The notes beneath the pieces were generated by a model. The model worked only from the letters and a program-made list of their open reading frames with translations. It made no database searches and had not been told where the DNA came from. 52,228 nt of DNA from IMG/VR virus record IMGVR_UViG_3300036852_000313, positions 1 to 52,228 of that record. One strand, 5' to 3'. Source of the stretch: a virus (lineage: Duplodnaviria; Caudoviricetes). Position numbers and translations under genes: made by a program. This document shows positions 1 through 8,661 of this stretch, one piece after another; position 1 is the first letter of the stretch, and every line of letters starts with the position of its first letter.

Positions 1-475
1 GCGCGGGCGACGCAACGTTGAATACGAGCAATTCTGAGGCACCTGCGCCGCCGCACTTCAAGCACGGCATAAGCGCATAGTCGCTCGGTTCATCGTCGGG
101 ACCGTCGAGTGCAGCATCCAACGCTTCATACTCAGCGATTCGTGCAGCAAGTTGCTTCTTGCTTGGCTTCTCCGCGAAGCCCGCGCAACTCCAGCACGCC
201 GCGCGCTTCGCCTTACCGTTTCGGCAGCACGCACACACAACGCGCTTGCGAAACAGGTGCGCTTTGCCGCTCGCGTTTAAACGCTCGGCCTGCGCAACCA
301 ACACATGCTGCGTCACATAAGCACTCGCGGCGGCTTCGAGCGGCGCCCGCACAGCGCGCAGCTCCGCGAGCATCGCAAGCCTGCGCGCCTCGTCAATACG
401 AATGCCGCGCGTGGTCATCGCGATGCAGGGATCGAGCAGAGCTAGCTCAAAGTCGTGAATGGCGCGAAGGGTCAC
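1..475 (-). CDS. polA: Family A DNA polymerase, polymerase subunit, N-terminal part (continues across the contig junction into 52228..50894)
   Basis: GTG at 475 overlaps the upstream TGA; translates VTLRAIHDFELALLDPCIAMTTRGIRIDE (thumb-start motif E..L..M...GI.ID), then CACCRNG..CWSCAG; in frame with the 3' end of the window via the 77-nt overlap. Confidence 0.85.
   Translation of the reverse strand, partial: MTLRAIHDFELALLDPCIAMTTRGIRIDEARRLAMLAELRAVRAPLEAAASAYVTQHVLVAQAERLNASGKAHLFRKRVVCACCRNGKAKRAACWSCAGFAEKPSKKQLAARIAEYEALDAALDGPDDEPSDYALMPCLKCGGAGASELLVFNVASPA
153..229. repeat. 77-bp exact repeat of 52152..52228 (circular assembly overlap)
   Basis: tgcttcttgcttggc...cggcagca is identical at both places; 77 is a common assembler k-mer. 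Confidence 0.9.
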
Positions 476-915
476 GCCGGAAGCTCCGCCCCCGCCTTGA
501 CCTTCGTGACGAAGCGCCGAATGTGGCGCGCGACCTGCTTCGGCGTTGCGTCATCGGTAAGGCCGTTGTCCTTTTCGGCCCAAATTGACGAATTCGGAAA
601 GAACAGCCAGTATACCTGCTCATAGCTCAGCCCGAAAAACTCTCGGGCGACATCCGAGGTATTGTCGCTGCTATTCTTGCGCCACCGCACACCGAATGGC
701 TCTTTGGGATCATCCCACTTGAGGTACTTTGGAAACACCGCAGGCATCCAGCCCATCGCGCATGCGACGGTGCCACAGGGATGCTTACCTGCTTTCAGCG
801 CTTCGAGCATCGGCAGCCCTGATTGGTCAACTATGATACTGAAATCGAACTTCGCGCGCGGCAGCTTCTCAAGGAACGCCGCGAGTTTCAGCAGCCTACG
901 TGCTTGGATAGCCAT
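472..915 (-). CDS. Hypothetical phage protein between the two DNA polymerase halves
   Basis: 147 aa ORF with CGTVACAMGW motif; overlaps both neighbours. Confidence 0.75.
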   Translation of the reverse strand: MAIQARRLLKLAAFLEKLPRAKFDFSIIVDQSGLPMLEALKAGKHPCGTVACAMGWMPAVFPKYLKWDDPKEPFGVRWRKNSSDNTSDVAREFFGLSYEQVYWLFFPNSSIWAEKDNGLTDDATPKQVARHIRRFVTKVKAGAELPA

Positions 916-1999
916 GTGTCAGGTCCGGTTGATGTGGTATGTCGAATTGCGTGGTTTGCTTCTGTGCAATCTCCAGCGTATTACAGCAGTCCCTACCACA
1001 CAGCATATAGCGCTCCATCTCGTCGGCGAAGTCATACGATTTCCAATACGGCACGCGCAGATAGATCGACGCAAGGAATTTGAGTGACTTTGCTGTGCGC
1101 TTCCCGCCCGCCTTCTTGTGACTCACAGCGGTTTTCTTGCCTGCCAGCTCGGGATTGAGCGCGTGCCACGCGAGCTGTGTGTCGAACACTTGATTGCGTA
1201 GTGTGATACCAGCGAAGCGCTGCAAAAAGAAGCGGTCGTATTGGCCGTTCTGGAGCGCTTTCGGCGTCGCCGATTCGCACAACGTGCGTATCGCATCGAG
1301 CTGCCAGCCCTCGACCGCCGGTATCACCCACGCTTCGTCAATGCTAGGTGCGAAGCCGACGCAAGCAAGCACCAGCTCGTGCGTGTTTTCGATGTCTACG
1401 GCGAGCAGCTGTGCGTGCTTTGCTGCTTTCTGGAGCGCACCCAACTCCAGCGGATGCGTTACGATGCGCACCAAACGCTGCACAAGCGGCGGTGCGCCCA
1501 AGTCAACCTCGGCCTTGGCACGCCGCATGTCGAAGTCCAACAGCGCGCGCCACGGTGTCCACTCGCGCAAAACCGCCGCTGGATGCACGCTTGCGAGCAC
1601 GCGCCCGAACGGGCCGTCCCAGAAGTACCCACGCAGCTCTTGGATGCCATCGCTGGGCCACGCCTCTCCGACAAGGAAACTGCATACTTCGTTGCCGAAG
1701 CCCACGACGACGCGTGGGCGATGCTCGCGAAGCAACGCCGTCAGGCGTTCGCTTCCCCACAACACATCACTTGGTGTGTGTCTGGCGAAGTCGTTCCCTG
1801 GCGGCTGGACCGGCACCAAATTGTCGATACGCACGGCGGCACGATCTAGCCCAGCAGACTTGAGCGCCGCATTCAATACGTAACCAGCCTGTCCAACAAA
1901 CGGCTGGCGCGCCTTGTGTTCCTCGGCGCCATAGTCGCGTCCAATGAGCCACAGCGGTGCGTCGAGCGGACCTGCGCCCAACTCAGGGGCCATATACAA
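896..1999 (-). CDS. Uracil-DNA glycosylase (family 4-like) fused to 3'-5' exonuclease (N-terminal half of an SPO1-type PolA)
   Basis: G.GPLDAPLWLIGRDYGAEE...PFVGQAG..L, IDN, VHPAAVLR (UDG); LAVDIE, QNGQYD, FDTQLAWH, KSLKFLASIYL (exonuclease). Confidence 0.85.
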   Translation of the reverse strand: MYMAPELGAGPLDAPLWLIGRDYGAEEHKARQPFVGQAGYVLNAALKSAGLDRAAVRIDNLVPVQPPGNDFARHTPSDVLWGSERLTALLREHRPRVVVGFGNEVCSFLVGEAWPSDGIQELRGYFWDGPFGRVLASVHPAAVLREWTPWRALLDFDMRRAKAEVDLGAPPLVQRLVRIVTHPLELGALQKAAKHAQLLAVDIENTHELVLACVGFAPSIDEAWVIPAVEGWQLDAIRTLCESATPKALQNGQYDRFFLQRFAGITLRNQVFDTQLAWHALNPELAGKKTAVSHKKAGGKRTAKSLKFLASIYLRVPYWKSYDFADEMERYMLCGRDCCNTLEIAQKQTTQFDIPHQPDLTHGYPST

Positions 2000-2020
2000 G
2001 CGTCAACTCCTTGTAGAAAA

Positions 2021-2103
2021 TTGCAAGGTGAGGATTTGAACCTCACATCCTGTACGCTTGCGACGTAACAGTACCCCGTGTGGTGGCTTTCGCTACCCTT
2101 GCA
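2021..2103 (-). tRNA. tRNA-like element (non-canonical; possible GCA/Cys anticodon)
   Basis: Acceptor TGCAAGG/CCTTGCA+A; T-arm TGAGG-TTCAAAT-CCTCA; anticodon-like stem TACG-TCGCAAG-CGTA; D-arm poor, no encoded CCA. Confidence 0.55.
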
Positions 2104-2265
2104 TGCCAGAGCGTTTCTCAACTCCCGCTGATTGCGAACGCACAAGCTCACAGCTCGGAGACGCAGGGTTTCAACCGACTCAGCGCCATCGTCGAACAGA
2201 CTACTTATAGTTTTCGTGCCGGGTTCCTACGCCGTCTGTCAGGGCGGCACAGCAAATAGCGCGCG

Positions 2266-2784
2266 CTACTTGCCCTCGCCGAACGCCGCTACGCGACTCA
2301 CTTCGTTGTCTATCACCGGCCCCTGCCCATCGTCGCGCATCACCACGGCGCCGTCACGCTTCCGTTTCTTCGTCGTGATGTACACATCGCAAGGCGAGCC
2401 AGCGACGCTGTTCAACTGCTCGACGAGTTCTTCGGGCGAGCTTGCCGTCATGCGCTTCGCCGTCTTGCCCTCTGGCGTCGTCGTGTCCTCGGCCAGCCCA
2501 AACGCGACCGCGACCGCTGTCGCCTGCTGGCGTCCAATCTCGACGGACTTATCCGAGTTTGGATTCTCTACCGTGATCTGAAAGCGCCGATCGCGCTCAT
2601 ACGTCTTGCCGTCTTTCTTGCTCGTGAAGCCCGCGAACGGAATGCGGACGCCCTTCCAGCCAGAATCGTTCTGCGCGATCTCGGCGCCCGTTTGCAGCGT
2701 CGTGCCATACCAGCCCGCAGGCATCAAAAAAACCGGCTTGGCGTTGAGGTCGTCGGTCGGAATTGGGATGTTGAAGTCTGTCAT
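2266..2784 (-). CDS. Putative single-stranded DNA-binding protein (DUF669-like)
   Basis: MPAGWY..T motif, C-terminal DNEVSRV, directly downstream of the Sak4-like ATPase. Confidence 0.55.
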   Translation of the reverse strand: MTDFNIPIPTDDLNAKPVFLMPAGWYGTTLQTGAEIAQNDSGWKGVRIPFAGFTSKKDGKTYERDRRFQITVENPNSDKSVEIGRQQATAVAVAFGLAEDTTTPEGKTAKRMTASSPEELVEQLNSVAGSPCDVYITTKKRKRDGAVVMRDDGQGPVIDNEVSRVAAFGEGK

Positions 2785-3569
2785 TTCGGTGTCTCCGCCG
2801 CGCGTGGCGGCTCGTCGAGTGAGTTGAACAACGCTTGCATCGTGTTTTCGATCTGCGCAATATTCACGCCCGGTTTAAATGTCACGCTGTGCTTTGCTGG
2901 GCGCACGCTGTCAGCTTGCGCCGTGACATACCACTTGCGGGCAGGCCCGAACCCGAGCGGGCTTGTGTACAACCAAATGTCGAACGCTGAGTGAATGCGT
3001 TGCCGAATGGCGCTGCACATCACCGGCAGCATTTGATCGTCAAACTGCCACTCCTGCTTGTTTTTGTCGCCGAAGCTGGGACGGCGCGCGGCGGCACCTG
3101 CACCTTCCAGCTCGCGCATTTGCGCGTGAAACACGCACACAACAGTCTTGCCTTTGCTGGCGATGCGGCGCAGCTCCGTTACCAGCGCCTTGATTTGCTG
3201 GTCGTGGCCTGTGTACGCACGTCCGTGCCCCACGTCGCCAGGATCGTTCGTTGCGTGAACCTTGAGCACTTCGTGCATCGCGAGGTCGCTTGCTTCGCTC
3301 GCGGTATCAAGCACCACGAATTGCGAGTCGTCTTTGTAACGCGCGTCGAGCCACGCGAACAACCGCGTCAGTCCATCGGCGTTGAATTGGTTGATGTGTG
3401 GGCGCCAATCAAGATCGGCGAACAGCGTTACCCCATCGGTGCCGTAGAAGCTCGCTTCCTTTGGGTCTGTCAACGCGACAGCGGTTTTGCCGAGCGCGCG
3501 TGCGCTCCGCGCGAAGTGTGACTTGCCCGTGCCGGGAATCCCGGTAACGCCGATCAGATGTGCAGTCAT
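2781..3569 (-). CDS. AAA_24 / Sak4-like recombination ATPase
   Basis: Walker A GIPGTGKS, Walker B VVLDTAS, VVCVFH, AFDIWLY. Confidence 0.8.
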   Translation of the reverse strand: MTAHLIGVTGIPGTGKSHFARSARALGKTAVALTDPKEASFYGTDGVTLFADLDWRPHINQFNADGLTRLFAWLDARYKDDSQFVVLDTASEASDLAMHEVLKVHATNDPGDVGHGRAYTGHDQQIKALVTELRRIASKGKTVVCVFHAQMRELEGAGAAARRPSFGDKNKQEWQFDDQMLPVMCSAIRQRIHSAFDIWLYTSPLGFGPARKWYVTAQADSVRPAKHSVTFKPGVNIAQIENTMQALFNSLDEPPRAAETPK

Positions 3570-3763
3570 GCGGTTTGCCTTTGCCACAGGGCTTCTACGT
3601 AACTGTAGTTCCCATAAAAAAGGAGGCGCCGTGCTATGAAAACGGAATATAGCGCAGCGCGCGCAAGTTCTGCATCTTCAGTAACCAGTGCATCGGTTAC
3701 GTCGAAAGGCGCTTCGCTGCTTTCTTCCGTATCTCCATACTCCGGCGAGAAGATGCGACTCAT
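3566..3763 (-). CDS. Hypothetical protein
   Basis: 65 aa; ATGA overlaps at both ends. Confidence 0.5.
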   Translation of the reverse strand: MSRIFSPEYGDTEESSEAPFDVTDALVTEDAELARAALYSVFIARRLLFYGNYSYVEALWQRQTA

Positions 3764-3927
3764 TTGCCTTTGCCTGGTTGCGTGCTGGATACACGAATGA
3801 AGTGCTTGGTTGCCGACTGCCAGTCTCTGTCGTCTCGTGACGCAGGGCTTGTGCCAGCAGGACGACCAGCCTCGTAGCGAATCGTGATTTTGTTGCGCTT
3901 CCCGCGCAGGAGCTTGCGGCGGCTCAT
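3760..3927 (-). CDS. Small basic hypothetical protein (55 aa, not in ORF track)
   Basis: MSRRKLLRGKRNKITIRYEAG...; ATGA overlaps at both ends. Confidence 0.5.
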   Translation of the reverse strand: MSRRKLLRGKRNKITIRYEAGRPAGTSPASRDDRDWQSATKHFIRVSSTQPGKGK

Positions 3928-4157
3928 GGTGCCTCGTTCAGTGCAGCAATCAGCGCTTGCAATGCCAAGTCGCGCAACTCACGACGGTTTAGCTGTGGAA
4001 GCAATGACCACTCGCTGTATTTTTCGTGCTCTGCTTGATAATCAATTTCGCGCTGAACGTATTCCCGTATTGCAGCAGCAATGTGCTGTGTACGCTCAGT
4101 GCCTGACTTTTCATCCGTTAGAGCTTTCACACCACTTGCACAAAAAGCCGATGTCAT
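3924..4157 (-). CDS. Hypothetical protein
   Basis: 77 aa ORF in a tightly packed operon. Confidence 0.55.
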   Translation of the reverse strand: MTSAFCASGVKALTDEKSGTERTQHIAAAIREYVQREIDYQAEHEKYSEWSLLPQLNRRELRDLALQALIAALNEAP

Positions 4158-4160
4158 CGG

Positions 4161-4391
4161 TCACCGTTTTTCACGCCCAACGTCGCGGAATAGCTCGCGG
4201 TCCTCGGGCAGCAGCCCACCAGGTGCGCTGTAGCGCGCCTGCAGCTCGTTATACACTTCGGGCCACGCTTTTTTGAGCAGCTCCGTGTTGACTGAATCTG
4301 CCTTCCGCATTGCGGCCATAAGCAGTGCGTAGAATGGGTGGTCTTGCGCCGCGATTTGTCGAGACACCACGTAGTCATGGTAACGGCTCAT
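4161..4391 (-). CDS. Hypothetical phage protein
   Basis: PFYALLMAAMRKADSVN...WPEV..ELQARY.APGG; ATGA overlap. Confidence 0.7.
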   Translation of the reverse strand: MSRYHDYVVSRQIAAQDHPFYALLMAAMRKADSVNTELLKKAWPEVYNELQARYSAPGGLLPEDRELFRDVGREKR

Positions 4392-5278
4392 ATTGCGCGC
4401 TCCTCGGCGACTTGACGCGGGCTCCACTCACGGCGCTCGAATAGTTGCGTGGTTTGCGTGTGCAATTCCGCTGGTTCCGCATAAAAGTCTCTAAACTCAT
4501 CCACCTTGCCGTAGAGCCAATTCTGATACACCGGCCACGGCGTGTCAAGTCCTCGCGTGCGTTCCAGCTCCGCTATTTGTGCTAGTGTATAGCGCAAGTC
4601 CCACGCCCAGCGTTCGACGCGCCAGTCCCGAACGGGCACAGGGCCGAAACGCACAAAGTCTTTCTCAAGATCGACTTTCGGCGGCGCACCAGACTTCGAC
4701 ACATAATCGCTGATGTGAATCCCATCCGTGATATAGCCGTCGCAGCGCAGCCCGAGCGCACGACGCAGCGCCACATAGCCCGTCATTTGGTCAGACAAGC
4801 TCATTGCGGTTTCCCACTGGTCGCCGAGATACGCGCCGGTCGATTTCGTATCCACAACGTATTCGCTTGCATCGGGAAAGCGCACCGCAAAGTCCATGAT
4901 GCCACAATACATAAAGCCCGGCACGCAAGCGTCTGCATGAATCATTGCCTCAGCATACGTCTCATTCGCAATCAGTTCCCAAGGCTCGCTCGCGTAGCGC
5001 GCAGCATACGCGCGCACGATGCGCTCAACGTGCGCCGCGTCGCGCGGTCCCGCGCCTTCGCCGCGCAGCTTGCGCCCGTGCGCCACAGCTCCGTCAATGC
5101 TCACCCCTGAACGCAGCGCGTTTAGCGCACCATGAATCGCGCTTCCAGCACGCATCTTGTCGTCTGGCGTCGCGGGCTGTAGGTGCAGTCGATAGCGCAG
5201 TCTGAACGCTTCTGGATTTTCACGAAAGCGCGCAATGCTGGAATGGTCGGGAATCCATGTCACTTTGTCGCTGTACAT
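4388..5278 (-). CDS. PD-(D/E)XK exonuclease (RecB/Cas4-like)
   Basis: DHSSI..F..NP..FRLRY, GSAIHGAL, GIMDF, VVDTKST, QMTGY. Confidence 0.85.
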   Translation of the reverse strand: MYSDKVTWIPDHSSIARFRENPEAFRLRYRLHLQPATPDDKMRAGSAIHGALNALRSGVSIDGAVAHGRKLRGEGAGPRDAAHVERIVRAYAARYASEPWELIANETYAEAMIHADACVPGFMYCGIMDFAVRFPDASEYVVDTKSTGAYLGDQWETAMSLSDQMTGYVALRRALGLRCDGYITDGIHISDYVSKSGAPPKVDLEKDFVRFGPVPVRDWRVERWAWDLRYTLAQIAELERTRGLDTPWPVYQNWLYGKVDEFRDFYAEPAELHTQTTQLFERREWSPRQVAEERAI

Positions 5279-5559
5279 GGCGTTGGCTCCTGTTTGATTG
5301 AAAGGGTTCGGCAAGTTGTGGACCAGAGTCGTGCGCCTGCCACTTGATCGCAACACACATGCACACGTCCTTTAATGATGATTGTGGCCTTACGCGCACA
5401 TGGTTTCCAGCCATGCCACGGATTGCGGTCGCGCTTGTACATCCATGCGCGTAGCGCGCGCAACTCCTGGGCCAACGTGACCACGCGCGCCTGCGCGCGC
5501 GGCTTCTTCGGTATCCACACGTCGCCGCCGAACAGGGACGGATGGGCGGCGCACTTCAT
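5260..5559 (-). CDS. Hypothetical protein
   Basis: ATG overlapping upstream TGA. Confidence 0.4.
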   Translation of the reverse strand: MKCAAHPSLFGGDVWIPKKPRAQARVVTLAQELRALRAWMYKRDRNPWHGWKPCARKATIIIKGRVHVCCDQVAGARLWSTTCRTLSIKQEPTPCTATK

Positions 5560-5747
5560 GGCGTGGTCTCGCCATAGACGCGATTTAGCGCCACGCACAA
5601 TCGCGGTGCGCGTGAACGCGCCTTCGGGTCGCTTTCCTTGCTGGGCGTAGCCGCTACGCGCATTTCGCCGCACACCACAACGTACTGCGACAGATTGATG
5701 CTGTACACAACCCGCCAGGCGTCTGGCGTCGGTGCGAGTGTGATCAT
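5556..5747 (-). CDS. Hypothetical protein
   Basis: MITLAPTPDAWRVVYS... 63 aa; ATGA overlaps. Confidence 0.45.
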   Translation of the reverse strand: MITLAPTPDAWRVVYSINLSQYVVVCGEMRVAATPSKESDPKARSRAPRLCVALNRVYGETTP

Positions 5748-6634
5748 TGACGAACTTCTCCGGTTTCCAACAGGTGAATGAGGCGCGCTGTCAGGTTTTG
5801 ACGTGCGGCGTTCCATGCGGCGTCTGCTGCGGCGTTCGCTGCGGCGTTCGCTGCGGCGGCCCGTGTGGCGTCCCATGCGGCGTCTCCTGTGGCGTCCCAT
5901 GCGGCGGCCCGTGCGGCGTCTCCTGCGGCGGCCGCTGCGGCGGCGGCGGCCCTTGCGGCGCTCCATGCGGCGTCTGCTGCGGCGGCCCGTGCGGCGTCTC
6001 CTGCGGCGGCCGCTGCGGCGGCGGCGGCCCGTGTGGCGTCCCATGCGGCGTCCCCCCATGCGGCCCGTGCGGCGGCCCGTGCGGCGTCTCCTGCGGCGGC
6101 CGCTGCGGCGGCGGCGGCCCTTGCGGCGTCCCATGCGGCGTCCTCCCATGCGGCCCGTGTGGCGGCCGCTGCGGCGTCCCATGCGGCGTCTCCTGCGGCG
6201 TTAAGGAAGATGTGATTTACCTTGCCTTCCGCGAATGCTTCGATGGCTTCGATGCACTTCCGCATACGGTCGTCGTTCGGACGTTTGCGCTCAAAGAAAG
6301 GCAGCACGTCACGCGCGCAGGATGCGGCGAACAGGTGCACGGTGCGATCGTTCCAATGAGCGCAACGACGGAGCAGCCGAGCCGACGCGACGACAGTTTT
6401 ATTCTTGTCGCGGATGGACTCGCCACGCACTTCAACAATATAGATCGTCGGGCCGAGCCAGGTTATGAGATCGTGCGGTTCGCAAACGTGATAGCCACGC
6501 ACGCAAGGCTTGATGTTATCTAGCCTAGGCATCCACTTACCTGGCCTCTTGCCCGATGGCAGGCACCAGCGACCAGTTCCGCCGTGGTGCGCAGAACCAT
6601 CTTCACCGAGCACTTTGTAAAGTATGTCACTCAT
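5744..6634 (-). CDS. Phage protein with AAWDAARAAA low-complexity repeat
   Basis: Globular N-terminus (PCVRGYHVC..DLITW; LFAASCARDVLP), then Ala/Trp/Asp repeats. Confidence 0.8.
   Translation of the reverse strand: MSDILYKVLGEDGSAHHGGTGRWCLPSGKRPGKWMPRLDNIKPCVRGYHVCEPHDLITWLGPTIYIVEVRGESIRDKNKTVVASARLLRRCAHWNDRTVHLFAASCARDVLPFFERKRPNDDRMRKCIEAIEAFAEGKVNHIFLNAAGDAAWDAAAAATRAAWEDAAWDAARAAAAAAAAAGDAARAAARAAWGDAAWDATRAAAAAAAAAGDAARAAAADAAWSAARAAAAAAAAAGDAARAAAWDATGDAAWDATRAAAANAAANAAADAAWNAARQNLTARLIHLLETGEVRQ
5803..6200. repeat. Degenerate tandem coding repeat (gcggcgtcccat / gcggcggccc units)
   Basis: Directly visible; encodes AAWDA/AAGDA/AARAA. Confidence 0.9.
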
Positions 6635-7113
6635 AGCCACGCCTGCCGCAACGCATAGCCGCCGTCCTTGTGCCAGTGCGCCACATAGCCCACCTCATAT
6701 GGACGCTTGCCACCGTTTGTGTGCGGCGTGTAGTCGTAGTCGCCGTTGCTGTGGTCATTGCTTTGGCATCGTTCGCCAACGCACGGTACGCCGTCCGGCC
6801 AGAGCGCGCGTCCCAGCTCATACACGAGCGCGAATCCCATATCCATGCCGCACCCGCCAATCTTGACGCCACCTCGGTCGCGGTCGAAACGCCTGTCGAG
6901 TGCACGCGCGACTGCCCAGCCAATCGCATACGGCACTGTGCGCGTTTCGTCGTGCTCAATGCGCGGCGCACAAATCACTAGCTCAATCGTGCGCTGCATT
7001 CCGCTCCGGCTCACATGGCGCAAGGTCGTATGCACCGTGTCACCAGGCTTGAGCCATTCACGCAACTTCGCTTGCGCTTCCGCGCGCTCGGTCTTGCTCA
7101 CTCTGTCACTCAT
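6631..7113 (-). CDS. Hypothetical phage protein
   Basis: LRHVSRSGMQRTI...GGCGMDMGFALVYEL motifs; GGAGG RBS. Confidence 0.8.
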   Translation of the reverse strand: MSDRVSKTERAEAQAKLREWLKPGDTVHTTLRHVSRSGMQRTIELVICAPRIEHDETRTVPYAIGWAVARALDRRFDRDRGGVKIGGCGMDMGFALVYELGRALWPDGVPCVGERCQSNDHSNGDYDYTPHTNGGKRPYEVGYVAHWHKDGGYALRQAWL

Positions 7114-7314
7114 CTATATATCCTCCAAGCTACTCGTTAACTGGTGCATTCGCTCTTGTGCTTCGTTCACCGCATAGCGTGCATCAGATACGCTTGAATA
7201 GCTCGGTTTGCCAACAATGAAATTAGCGATACACGCCAATACTGTTTGCACATACTGCGCATTTCGGCGCATTGCTTCCATGTTAGGTGTTACATACTTG
7301 TCATCGTCACTCAT
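7114..7314 (-). CDS. Hypothetical protein
   Basis: 66 aa, preceded by hairpin copy 7. Confidence 0.7.
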   Translation of the reverse strand: MSDDDKYVTPNMEAMRRNAQYVQTVLACIANFIVGKPSYSSVSDARYAVNEAQERMHQLTSSLEDI

Positions 7315-7315
7315 T

Positions 7316-7349
7316 GCCGTCGCTCCAAAGGTTTGAGTTTGGGACTAGC
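7316..7349 (-). promoter_or_regulatory. SD-sequestering hairpin repeat, copy 7
   Basis: GCT-A-GTC-CCAAA-ctcaaacc-TTTGG-AGC-GAC-GGC-a-ATG. Confidence 0.75.
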
Positions 7350-7512
7350 CTTTTTGTGCAAACACTGCGGTTGGTACATTACCGTTGAGATACGCGCAGC
7401 GCCTTGCGGCACTTTCGCGGTCTGTGTGGTCTGAATCGCTGTGCCACGCACCGCGTGGATCATAAAAGCCTACTGTCCACAGCTCCGGCTCACTTCGCAC
7501 GTATACCCACAT
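7345..7512 (-). CDS. Small phage protein (55 aa, not in ORF track)
   Basis: MWVYVRSEPELWTVGFYDPRGAWHSDSDH...AARRCAYLNG; GGAGG RBS; its TAG stop lies inside hairpin copy 7. Confidence 0.75.
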   Translation of the reverse strand: MWVYVRSEPELWTVGFYDPRGAWHSDSDHTDRESAARRCAYLNGNVPTAVFAQKG

Positions 7513-7543
7513 CCTTTAATCCTCCAATTGAATGGGGACTAGC
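7513..7543 (-). promoter_or_regulatory. Hairpin repeat, copy 6 (degenerate)
   Basis: GCTAGTCCCCATTCAATTGGAGGATTAAAGG-ATG. Confidence 0.55.
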
Positions 7544-7553
7544 TTAACTGCGC

Positions 7554-7799
7554 TCACTCAATCTGCATCACTATCGTACATGCCGCAATATCGACTGGCC
7601 TGCCCGGCGTATCAAACTCCGCCGCAACTTGTGCGCCGTCCTGAATCACGACGTGACGCGCGCTTGCGTCATAGCGCACACGCGCACGGCACTCGTTTGC
7701 ATAAATCAATGTGCCTGTGCGCCGTCGCGTGCCGTCGTCGTCGAGCAGCGCGAATCGTGCACCGCTCGGTAGCGTCCACAGCTCGACAGTCGCGTTCAT
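7554..7799 (-). CDS. Hypothetical protein
   Basis: 81 aa; ATGA overlap. Confidence 0.65.
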   Translation of the reverse strand: MNATVELWTLPSGARFALLDDDGTRRRTGTLIYANECRARVRYDASARHVVIQDGAQVAAEFDTPGRPVDIAACTIVMQIE

Positions 7800-8380
7800 G
7801 TTTCCTTCATGTGCTGGTTATCCTGCGGGCAGATTGGCGCGCCCGGCCCGTCCAACCAGACGCGCGTCACGCGCGCCACGTAACCACAACTCCTACACGT
7901 CACCTTCACGAGTCGCGCGCCCTGTGCTTTCGGCAAACTGTGTGCGTCCAGTGCCGCATGCGGCCACGGCCCAAGCTCAGCGTTTAAACGTTCTAGCACC
8001 GCGCGCAGTTCTGAGCCTGCACACTGCGAGCGCGCTGGGCCAACGCTCAGGCCGATGCGCTCGCACGCGCGCACAAACGCTCGTTTGTGGCCCGTGCCTG
8101 GCGGCATGCACGCGTGCACCATCTCGTGACACAGTGTGTCTAGCGCCGCAATGGCGTCCTCGTGCAGCGGACTCACAAAGATGTGCGGCGCGCCGTCCAT
8201 CGAGTGCGCTCCGGCCCAGCACTGCCCCACCGTGGCGCCACGTTTGCCACGTAGCCCACCACGACTCGGGAACCCGACGCTTACGTGTATGTGCTCTGGC
8301 AGCGCGAGCGTTTCCGCCTCGAAACGTGCGCGCAGCGCCACAATGGCGCGCGTCAACCAGGCTTCGCGTGTGTCACTCAT
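7796..8380 (-). CDS. SprT-like HExxH metalloprotease with C-terminal Zn ribbon
   Basis: GQCW, TLCHEMVHA, GHKRAF, CRSCGY...PICP. Confidence 0.8.
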   Translation of the reverse strand: MSDTREAWLTRAIVALRARFEAETLALPEHIHVSVGFPSRGGLRGKRGATVGQCWAGAHSMDGAPHIFVSPLHEDAIAALDTLCHEMVHACMPPGTGHKRAFVRACERIGLSVGPARSQCAGSELRAVLERLNAELGPWPHAALDAHSLPKAQGARLVKVTCRSCGYVARVTRVWLDGPGAPICPQDNQHMKET

Positions 8381-8660
8381 AGACATTGCACGCACAACCA
8401 ATCTGCCCGCAATCGCGACAGTATGCACTCGGATTAAGCGGTATCACGTCGTCAGCATCTACGCTGTGCTTCCGGTCGTCTCCAATCATCACGCACACGA
8501 CACGGCCAGTGCGCACTTCGTAGCCAGACCATTCCGTGTCCTCGTCTGGCTCTGTCTCCCAGCCCAGCACATAGAACGCTACGCCGTCGTAGCCACGCAC
8601 GGCGTATGCGTCGTGCGGGAAAGCTTGCTCGTCGGGTTCGTAATGCGTGCGGTTATACAT
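8373..8660 (-). CDS. Acidic hypothetical protein
   Basis: MYNRTHYEPD...YCRDCGQIGC; follows hairpin copy 5. Confidence 0.75.
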   Translation of the reverse strand: MYNRTHYEPDEQAFPHDAYAVRGYDGVAFYVLGWETEPDEDTEWSGYEVRTGRVVCVMIGDDRKHSVDADDVIPLNPSAYCRDCGQIGCACNVYE

Positions 8661-8661
8661 C

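Noticed and set aside
1-152. Diversity-generating retroelement template/variable pair with 51997..52151
   Set aside because: No reverse transcriptase; differences are not adenine-specific and include a wholly non-homologous segment
2021-2265. tmRNA or a third hammerhead
   Set aside because: Both acceptor strands lie within 83 nt with no G3-U70 or tag ORF; CTGACAGA/GAAA do not fit hammerhead core geometry
5747-6523. Plus-strand Cys/Gly-rich and Arg-rich ORFs (metallothionein/protamine-like)
   Set aside because: Shadow frames of the minus-strand Ala repeat within a uniformly minus-strand operon
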